DNA from: an uncultured Desulfobacterales bacterium
GTDB lineage: Bacteria > Desulfobacterota > Desulfobacteria > Desulfobacterales > JAFDDL01
DNA: 64,000 bases
NCBI GenBank assembly: GCA_964407825.1
Contig: CAYOXD010000004.1
Location: 2,784-66,783 of the forward strand
Reading direction: 5' to 3'
Under the pieces are notes generated by a model. It was not told the origin of the DNA. It made no database searches and was given only the letters and a program-made list of their open reading frames with translations. Made by a program: the position numbers and the translations under genes. Shown here one piece after another: positions 57,290 to 64,000 of this stretch. The first letter of the stretch is position 1. Every line of letters begins with the position of its first letter.

Positions 57290-58060
57290 CTATTCCGTTG
57301 TGTCCCTCGCGACGATGACCACCTGTATGATGCGGTTTTGATCGTCTATCACCGGCAGAAACTGGATCTGCTTTCGCCGCTGGTTTTCCCCCTGCTGGGT
57401 GAGCAGATCGTTTATCACCACCGGCTTACCCGTCTCCAGGACACTCTTGAGGGAGGTTTTGAAAAGGGATTGATGAAACTTTTGCATAAAGTAGAGCGTT
57501 TCGGCCTGAATCTCCTGTTGCCATAGGTCCGAATAGCTGGAATCCCGGTTCGTTACATAGGAGCGATTGAGGGAGACAATTTTGCCCTGGCGGTCAACCG
57601 AGACGATCTCCTCCGGCAGCGAATCGAAGACGATCCTCAGCTTGTTCCGGCTCGCCGTCAGGGTATCCTGGAGCTCCTTGCATTTTTCAATGGCCTGGTT
57701 GGCTCTCTCGCAGCTCCTGATGCGTGCCTTTAAAAGCAGGGGATTCACGGGTTTTATCAGACAATCGTCAACACCGCCCTCAAAAATCTTCCTGAGGTAA
57801 GAGGTTTCATCCCTTTCGATCAAGACCATGAAATACGTAAATGCGATCCGCCTGAGGGATCTCACCTTTTTGCAAAGCTGAAGGCCGCTCAAACGGGGCA
57901 AAGCCCATTGGCTGATAACCAGATGCACCTCATGGGCCAAGAACAGCTCCCATGCCTCCATGCCGTTTCTGGCGGTGTAAGGATGGTGCGACATGTCCTT
58001 CAAAAGGCCTGCCATGCTCTGGGCCGCCTCGTGATCAGAGTCTGCGATAAGAACGTGCAT
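57290..58060 (-). CDS. Response-regulator receiver with a C-terminal PAS-like domain
   Basis: MHVLIADSD...ISQWALPRLSG...; start at ATG 58060 with an AAGGGA RBS (the ORF track begins at TTG 58147). Confidence 0.75.
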   Translation of the reverse strand: MHVLIADSDHEAAQSMAGLLKDMSHHPYTARNGMEAWELFLAHEVHLVISQWALPRLSGLQLCKKVRSLRRIAFTYFMVLIERDETSYLRKIFEGGVDDCLIKPVNPLLLKARIRSCERANQAIEKCKELQDTLTASRNKLRIVFDSLPEEIVSVDRQGKIVSLNRSYVTNRDSSYSDLWQQEIQAETLYFMQKFHQSLFKTSLKSVLETGKPVVINDLLTQQGENQRRKQIQFLPVIDDQNRIIQVVIVARDTTE

Positions 58061-58331
58061 CCGAGCCAATCCCTTCGTTTTCAGGGGGTCTTCGCGTGAC
58101 CCGCCGCTCTGTGATGGTGGATCCCCCGTATTCCCTTTATATTTCAAATGGGAAGCCTTATGTAAAGAGATTAGCTTGTCGGGACTGCGATTGCCCTGTG
58201 CCTATGGGGCTTCCCATATTGACCCCTCGGCCCCGAACGGATATAGTACAGGTGCGTTGCACGCGACACCGGCACGGACCGGGATCGAGAAAAATCGACC
58301 ATCTGAACGGTTTCCGGAAAGAGAACATAGC

Positions 58332-59069
58332 ATGTACCCCCGCACACATCGCGCAACATTCGGATTGGGAGGCTCCCTGACTCCCTTGGGCAAGGGGATG
58401 CTGGTGGTCTACGTGTCGGTCTATATTTTGGAATTGATCGGGGAAAAATGGATGGGCATGCCGCTTTACCACTGGCTGGCGCTCAACCCGATCGCAAGCG
58501 GCCAGTTTCACCCGTGGCAGTTGGTCACCCACCCGCTGGTTCACGACCCGGCCGCACCCCTGGGGTTCCTGATCAACTGCGTGGTGTTCTATTTTTTTTC
58601 CGGTCCCCTGGAGGCGGCTCTCGGCACCAGCGGCTTTCTCCGGCTCTACCTCGGTGCGGCCGCCGGCGGGGCCATTGCCGGTCTGACCTTCAGCAGTCTG
58701 GTGGGCTGGAGCTTCCCCTATGCCGGCATGATGCCGAGCCTGCTGGCCCTGATTGTAACATTCGGCCTTCTGCGGCCCGAAGCCACCATCCTGCTCATGT
58801 TCATTCTTCCCGTAAGGGCCAAATACATCAGCTACGGCACCATCCTCATCACCGCCCTGACCTTCCTGGCCAGAACCAATGCTTACGGGGCCTACCACCT
58901 GGGGGGGATAGCCCTGGGCTATCTCTTCTTCCGTTCATCAGGCCGGTGGTTTGACGTCAATTGGTGGAAGTTGAAATATTTCGAATATACCCTGAGAAAG
59001 AAGCGTTCCCGATTCACCGTCATCGACGGCAAAAAGCATGATAAAAAGGGAAAACCGACCCTTCATTGA
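58332..59069 (+). CDS. Rhomboid-family membrane protein, catalytic motif atypical
   Basis: PWQLVTHPLVH...LINC...GPLEAALG and YHLGG are rhomboid-like, but the GxSG position reads YAGMMPS. Start at MYPRTH. Confidence 0.6.
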   Translation: MYPRTHRATFGLGGSLTPLGKGMLVVYVSVYILELIGEKWMGMPLYHWLALNPIASGQFHPWQLVTHPLVHDPAAPLGFLINCVVFYFFSGPLEAALGTSGFLRLYLGAAAGGAIAGLTFSSLVGWSFPYAGMMPSLLALIVTFGLLRPEATILLMFILPVRAKYISYGTILITALTFLARTNAYGAYHLGGIALGYLFFRSSGRWFDVNWWKLKYFEYTLRKKRSRFTVIDGKKHDKKGKPTLH

Positions 59070-59212
59070 TCCGCCCTGCCGTCCGCTTTTCCATCTGCGC
59101 GCTGCGCGGGGACGAGGCCACATCGATCTTAGAACCATTCATGCCTATCCGTTTAGCTCCCAAGGAGGTGTGTCCTTCGGTGGGGAGATAACCGGATAGG
59201 CAGGAAATGATT

Positions 59213-59719
59213 CTAGCGGGTGCGCCTGGTGTTCTTCCTGAATTTTACGAAGAACCCAAGGCCCCACACCACCGTAAATCCGATGTAGAGTCCGAGGCTG
59301 AGCCTGGGATGCGTCAGGGCGTCTGCTTTTCCAAGGGCCACTTGAAAGGTCTGGCTGAACAGGTCCATCAGAAGAAGAAGCGTTGCTGAAGCGAACCAGA
59401 GGTTATAGGAAAACATGAAATCGAATGTTTCCTGCTTTCGCTCACCGGACAACCAGTGTTCCTTATTGGGCATGTTGATCAAGGACAGGGGGATCTTCGA
59501 GATGCCAAAGCTGATACCAAGAAATAGCAGGGCACAGATCCCTGTGGTGACAAGGTAGACACTGATCAGGGACTCTTTTGTGGCCCATGCGTCCGGCTTT
59601 CCCGACGCTCCGAAATGGGAGGCGACCCGCTCGGGCAGCAGGGGGTAGTAGCTCACCGCCTGCACCACACAGAGCGCACACAGCGTAAGAAACAGGATAA
59701 GCGATATCTTTCGCATCAT
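59213..59719 (-). CDS. DUF1648 / SdpI-like membrane protein
   Basis: YYPLLPERVASHFGASGKPDAW plus four TM helices. Confidence 0.7.
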   Translation of the reverse strand: MMRKISLILFLTLCALCVVQAVSYYPLLPERVASHFGASGKPDAWATKESLISVYLVTTGICALLFLGISFGISKIPLSLINMPNKEHWLSGERKQETFDFMFSYNLWFASATLLLLMDLFSQTFQVALGKADALTHPRLSLGLYIGFTVVWGLGFFVKFRKNTRRTR

Positions 59720-59764
59720 TCACCTTCTCTTTAGAGGTAGGTTCAAAACCTCTCCTCGGGCGCC

Positions 59765-60538
59765 ATGTCTGCGTTGAACTTGATTTACTTTACTGCGAAG
59801 GAGGGAAATTTGTCAAGAAGGACCTCCAAGAACACAGCGAAGAAACACACGGTTTTTCTCACTAACGCTGAAGCGATCGATGCCGTTTGCCGGGACCTTC
59901 GGCAGTACCCTTCCCAGCCGCTGCTGCTCCGCGCACTGACCCAACTGGTCCTGGGGGATGAAACGATCGTCTCCTGGCAGAAAGATGGAAGCGGCCTTTC
60001 CCTGATGGACCCGGCCTGTCGAAAGCCTCGTTTCCTGTCCCCGGATCAGCTCGCCGAATTGCTCTGCACCGAGCTCACACGAAGCCCCCCCTCGATTCAC
60101 CTTCTGGCAAGGATCTGCGGCTGTGTCTTCCATGAACGCACCCGTCCCCTCAGGGGGGAGGCAGATGCCGGAGGCGGTATCCTCCTTGAGACCGGGATGG
60201 AACATTTCCAGTGCCGCCGGTGCGCTCGGTGCTGCCGCCACCTTGATTACCACGGCGAGCTGTCGGATGCGGATTACCGGCTTTGGCAGCGTCTGGGGCG
60301 AGCAGACATTTTGCGATATGTCAGGGTCATACGCAAGAATGACGACATCGTCGCCTACCGAATCTGGCTGGATCCGGCCAGGGGGCAACTCATGGATGGA
60401 TGCCCATGGCTCGAGCGTGTCCCCGACAAGAACCAGTACCGATGCCTCATATACGATGTCAGACCGGGCATCTGCCACCAGTACCCCGGAAGCCGGAAAC
60501 ACGGTCGCATGACCGGCTGCCCCGGATTCGAGAAGTGA
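59765..60538 (+). CDS. YkgJ-family (CxxCxxCC) cysteine-cluster protein with an N-terminal extension
   Basis: FQCRRCARCCRH...CPWL...RCLIYDVRPGICHQYP. The start is uncertain. Confidence 0.6.
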   Translation: MSALNLIYFTAKEGNLSRRTSKNTAKKHTVFLTNAEAIDAVCRDLRQYPSQPLLLRALTQLVLGDETIVSWQKDGSGLSLMDPACRKPRFLSPDQLAELLCTELTRSPPSIHLLARICGCVFHERTRPLRGEADAGGGILLETGMEHFQCRRCARCCRHLDYHGELSDADYRLWQRLGRADILRYVRVIRKNDDIVAYRIWLDPARGQLMDGCPWLERVPDKNQYRCLIYDVRPGICHQYPGSRKHGRMTGCPGFEK

Positions 60539-60643
60539 AAGCAGGCGCATGGGGCAATAGGCCCCAAGGGAATCAAATCCGCCCCTCCTGCCCCCTGTGT
60601 GCTATCGCTTGAGGCCATGTCGGATAGGGTCTGATAACTGCGA

Positions 60644-61321
60644 TCAGGAAGTGATGGATCTGCCTCGAAGGAAGGCAACAACCGGTCCTTCCCAAATTCT
60701 GTCGGCCTCGACGACCTCGAACCCGTTGGTCTGTAGCAGATCGACAAGCTGTGTGAACTTGAAGCTCTGCCATACCGCCTGGGCCCCGTACTTTAGCGCC
60801 CAGTTAATCAAAAATTCATTATCTGATGCACTAGAATCGCCGTAACAATAGGTGATGAGCAGCAGTTCGCCGCCGGGTTTGAGAACACGGCTCATCTCCA
60901 TGAGGGCCATTGCTGGCTGGGTCATTGTCTGCAGGGCATTAACACTCATTACAGTGTCAAAGCTGTGGTTTTCAAATGGCAGATCACAGGCATCAGCCTG
61001 TTGGAAATAAACATTTGCAGGCTCGGATGCCAGCTTTTCCTCTGCGATCTGTATCATCTCGGGTGTCACGTCCACACCCCATACTTCCTCGCAATGCTGT
61101 GAAATACGGATACTCAGGTCCCCCGGTCCGCAACCGACATCGAGGAGCCGGAGGGTGGAATCAATGTATTTTGTAAGGATGTTCCAGTTAACCTCGTACT
61201 GGTCCTGAAAGTCATTGGATATCCACTCGTCATAATCTTCGGCGGCTGCCTTCCAAAAACGCTGCTCCATTTCAAGCCAGCCCTCATTGCAATTAGTATA
61301 TGTATCGTAAGTCATGTTCAC
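60644..61321 (-). CDS. Class I SAM-dependent methyltransferase
   Basis: LLDVGCGPGDLS...GVDVTPEM...ADACDLPFENHSFD...LKPGG. Confidence 0.8.
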   Translation of the reverse strand: MNMTYDTYTNCNEGWLEMEQRFWKAAAEDYDEWISNDFQDQYEVNWNILTKYIDSTLRLLDVGCGPGDLSIRISQHCEEVWGVDVTPEMIQIAEEKLASEPANVYFQQADACDLPFENHSFDTVMSVNALQTMTQPAMALMEMSRVLKPGGELLLITYCYGDSSASDNEFLINWALKYGAQAVWQSFKFTQLVDLLQTNGFEVVEADRIWEGPVVAFLRGRSITS

Positions 61322-61671
61322 TTTCCGGTAGTCGGGGTCTTTCCATGCCTCATCTTCGGATGCTCCGCCATAAAGCAGATTATGGCCACAACCCTGTGGA
61401 GCGCATTAACATAACGTTCAAAAGCGCCATCATCAGCAAATGTGGCGTGATATAGGATAGGGACTCGTCTTATGTCAATATAAATATAACTAAAAGAGTC
61501 ACTTGACGCTGTTGCGTGTGGCGCAGAACGCCTGGCCGATCACGGCCGGGTTTAATGGACCTTGTTCGGCTATAATCGCCGCAGGCACAGGCGTTCAGTT
61601 GCGGTCAGTTGAACCTGCTGATACAATACCGTATCGAAGTGACCCTAATGGGGATATATTGGAGTTTACCT

Positions 61672-62745
61672 ATGAAGAACACGATGCTATTCAGCCCGCT
61701 CCATCTCAAAGGAATCGTTTTTCGCAACCGGATTTTCGTGTCCCCCATGTGCCAGTATTCGAGCGAGGACGGAATCCCGACGGACTGGCACCTGGTCCAT
61801 CTGGGCAGCCGCGCCGTTGGCGGGGCCGCGCTGGTGATGGTGGAGGCATCGGCGGTATCGCCCGCCGGGCGGATCAGCCGTGGGGATTCGGGCATCTGGT
61901 CCCTGGATCACAGCGACGCGTTTCGGCGCATCACCGCATTCATCAAATCCCAGGGGGCGGTTCCAGGCATGCAGATCGCCCACGCGGGCCGCAAAGCGTC
62001 CACAGAGGTACCATGGAAAGGTGGCCGCCCCCTCGGCGAAGAGGCCGGCGGCTGGCAGCCCCTGGCCCCGAGTGCGATCCCCTTCGATGAGGGCTGGCCG
62101 GAGCCGCTCGAAATGTCACCTGCCGACATGGAACGCGTTGTGGGCGAATTCGAGGCAGCCGCCCGTTACAGTCTCGAAGCAGGCTTTGAAGTTCTGGAGA
62201 TCCACATGGCCCATGGCTACCTGGCGCATGAGTTTCTCTCTCCGCTTTCCAACCACCGCGGCGATGAATATGGCGGCAGCCTGGAGAATCGAATACGATT
62301 TCCGCTGCGGATCGCGCGCGCCGTTCGGGCGGTATGGCCGGATCATCTGCCTCTTTTTGTCCGAATCTCCTGCACGGACTGGGTCGAGGGGGGCTGGGAC
62401 CTGCCCCAATCCATCGCTCTGTGCCGTGAACTGGCGGCCCTGGGGGTGGACCTCATCGACTGCTCGAGCGCTGCCCTGGTACCTTATGCCACCATTCCGA
62501 TCGCACCCGGCTTCCAGGTACCTTTTTCCGCTGCCATCCGCGAAAGCCTCGGCATCGCAACCGCCGCCGTGGGCCTGATCACCCACCCGGTGCAGGCCGA
62601 GCAGATCCTCGCGACCGGTCAGGCCGATGCCGTACTGATGGCGAGAGAATTCCTGCGTCAGCCCTATTGGCCGCTGCACGCCGCAAAAACCCTGGGTGTG
62701 GAATTCCCCTGGCCCCGCCAGTATGAACGCGCCAAACCGGAATAA
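61672..62745 (+). CDS. Old-Yellow-Enzyme family NADH:flavin oxidoreductase (YqjM/NamA-like)
   Basis: FSPLHLKGIVFRNRIFVSPMCQYS...HLGSRAVGGAAL...QIAHAGRK...HMAHGYL. Start at ATG 61672 after GGAG. Confidence 0.85.
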   Translation: MKNTMLFSPLHLKGIVFRNRIFVSPMCQYSSEDGIPTDWHLVHLGSRAVGGAALVMVEASAVSPAGRISRGDSGIWSLDHSDAFRRITAFIKSQGAVPGMQIAHAGRKASTEVPWKGGRPLGEEAGGWQPLAPSAIPFDEGWPEPLEMSPADMERVVGEFEAAARYSLEAGFEVLEIHMAHGYLAHEFLSPLSNHRGDEYGGSLENRIRFPLRIARAVRAVWPDHLPLFVRISCTDWVEGGWDLPQSIALCRELAALGVDLIDCSSAALVPYATIPIAPGFQVPFSAAIRESLGIATAAVGLITHPVQAEQILATGQADAVLMAREFLRQPYWPLHAAKTLGVEFPWPRQYERAKPE

Positions 62746-62824
62746 AAGGAGAGAATGGGCTCGACGTCTGGACGGGTGCCATGGGAGGAGCACAGCGTTA
62801 CATACAGTACTCAAATGGAGAAAA

Positions 62825-63358
62825 ATGTGGCGCGGAAGAAATGGATATCTTCGTATGCTGAAAAATAAAGCGAGAAAATACAGGTTACTCCTGGCGCTGT
62901 TAATATCGTTTTCATGCATCGTCTGCGATCAGGCGACAAAAGACATTGCCACCAGGGCACTCGAGGACGCGCCGCCAAAATCATTTCTTGCCGATACCAT
63001 AAGGCTTGATTATTCCCTGAATCCAGGGGGGTTTCTGAGTCTTGGAAGCAGCTTGCCGCCCGATGCCCGGAGGTGGATATTCATTTCGTTCACCTCATGC
63101 ACGATTCTGGCACTCTTCATATTCCTTTGCCTGAAACCCGATATCCCGCTCCCCCTGTTCACGGCGTTTGTTCTTATACTCGCTGGCGGTATCGGGAACC
63201 TGATCGACCGGGTGTGGAACCACGGACTCGTTCGAGATTTCATCAATATCGGAATCGGTCCTGTGCGTACCGGAATTTTCAACCTTGCCGATATTGCTGT
63301 CACGGTGGGTGCTGCCGCGCTTTTGTACCTGTCCTTCCGAAACAATACGGACCGCTAA
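62825..63358 (+). CDS. lspA: Lipoprotein signal peptidase II
   Basis: DQATK...NPGGFLSLG...GGIGNLIDR...VRDFI...FNLADIAV. Start at ATG 62825 after GGAG. Confidence 0.85.
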   Translation: MWRGRNGYLRMLKNKARKYRLLLALLISFSCIVCDQATKDIATRALEDAPPKSFLADTIRLDYSLNPGGFLSLGSSLPPDARRWIFISFTSCTILALFIFLCLKPDIPLPLFTAFVLILAGGIGNLIDRVWNHGLVRDFINIGIGPVRTGIFNLADIAVTVGAAALLYLSFRNNTDR

Positions 63359-63423
63359 GGGGCCACGCCGACTTCACCACCTGCGCCGAATAAGCTTTCC
63401 ATGCCGTTCACCGAGAATTGCTG

Positions 63424-63795
63424 CTACAGCCCGTGGTGGTGGCCACCGCCGCAGGGGCTCGATCCGTCCACGGTCCGGATAAACGTCAGCTGCCTGCTCT
63501 CCATGGCATCCAGGGCTTCCCGGGCCGTCATGCCCCCCGCCGCGTAACGGGTCACGCCATCGTCGGCCAGCAGGTCGAAGGCTTTCTCGCTCAACCTGCC
63601 GGTGATGACGGCCTCGCATCGGTGTTCCAGGACCACCCGGGCAAGCTCCTGGTCGGAACCTGCCGTGACGCAGTGCGCAACAGGCGTGTACGCCATGGTG
63701 TCGACATTGACAATGAGCAGATAGGGACTCTGGGCGAAATCGTAAAACACCGAGCTGTCCAGCGTGGCATCCGAGGTGGTGATGGCAATGTTCAT
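63424..63795 (-). CDS. NifB/NifX-family (dinitrogenase FeMo-cofactor-binding-domain) protein
   Basis: MNIAITT...FAQSPYLLIV...CEAVITGRLSEKAFDLLADDGVTRY, with a GGGHHHG tail. Confidence 0.7.
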   Translation of the reverse strand: MNIAITTSDATLDSSVFYDFAQSPYLLIVNVDTMAYTPVAHCVTAGSDQELARVVLEHRCEAVITGRLSEKAFDLLADDGVTRYAAGGMTAREALDAMESRQLTFIRTVDGSSPCGGGHHHGL

Positions 63796-63839
63796 GAACG
63801 CAGCTTCCCTTTCAGAATGCATGAGGTGAGTGTTGCAGC

Positions 63840-64000
63840 CTAACCCGCCGCCGCCTGCCTGTCCGGCTTGAAGGCGCGGTAGAGGGAGCGGTCCACGACG
63901 GCCTCGTAGCCCGTGAAGGTGGCGATCACACCGCCCCGCTCGTCGATGAAGGTAAAATCGCCGGTCATCTTGTGGGGCAGTCTTTCCATCACCTCCAGGA
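63840..64000 (-). CDS. C-terminal fragment of an unidentified protein (window edge)
   Basis: My translation: ...LEVMERLPHKMTGDFTFIDERGGVIATFTGYEAVVDRSLYRAFKPDRQAAAG-stop. No assignment. Confidence 0.35.
   Translation of the reverse strand, partial: LEVMERLPHKMTGDFTFIDERGGVIATFTGYEAVVDRSLYRAFKPDRQAAAG

Noticed and set aside
1-64000. CRISPR arrays, IS elements, rRNA genes and large repeats
   Set aside because: I saw no regularly spaced direct repeats, no transposase-like ORFs and no rRNA-like sequence. The only tandem repeat noted is the 14-mer duplication at 7564-7591.

Overview
High-GC chromosomal segment, most consistent with a sulfate-reducer-like deltaproteobacterium (Desulfobacterota), judged from gene content: selA, a Desulfovibrio gigas Mop-type aldehyde oxidoreductase, a flgM neighbourhood and many HDOD/REC signalling proteins. 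I saw no transposase, integrase, CRISPR array or rRNA. Most of the window is densely packed housekeeping genes: waaA, fba, mazG, cvpA, phoH-pgpH-ybeY, pdxJ, nnr, tsaE, lysC, pyrF, rfbBACD, selA, hemC-cobA/hemD-moaA, map, lspA and one tRNA-Leu(CAA). The main finding is an 11-gene, single-strand, tightly coupled operon at about 32.4-45.4 kb. It has a near-consensus sigma70-type promoter with an overlapping palindrome and a roughly 330-nt structured leader. It encodes a molybdopterin-binding protein, the Mop aldehyde oxidoreductase and a GltD-like/ferredoxin/CCG-domain flavo-FeS oxidoreductase. These are followed by a 70-aa 4-Cys zinc ribbon, a SAM methyltransferase, a C_GCAxxG_C_C protein, a zinc-ribbon radical SAM enzyme and a PaaK/F390-synthetase-like adenylating enzyme. 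The operon ends with XdhC and a MocA-like cytidylyltransferase fused to an HD domain. Known Moco (MCD) maturation explains only part of this set. The central five genes look like an uncharacterised cofactor-tailoring or aldehyde-to-disulfide/acyl-activation module. From memory, this matches the uncharacterised neighbourhood of the D. vulgaris aldehyde oxidoreductase locus. Secondary points of interest:
- a divergent RelA/SpoT-like nucleotidyltransferase
- a CheD-HDOD fusion
- a triple-GGA tandem repeat over a Shine-Dalgarno in the flgM neighbourhood
- an A/T-richer patch around the tRNA (48-52 kb) with orphan genes, a ModE-N-only regulator, and a formate dehydrogenase remnant that still carries its in-frame UGA and a SECIS-like hairpin
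- a three-gene REC/HDOD/hybrid-kinase signalling block

All homology calls come from reading motifs by eye. No database search was run.
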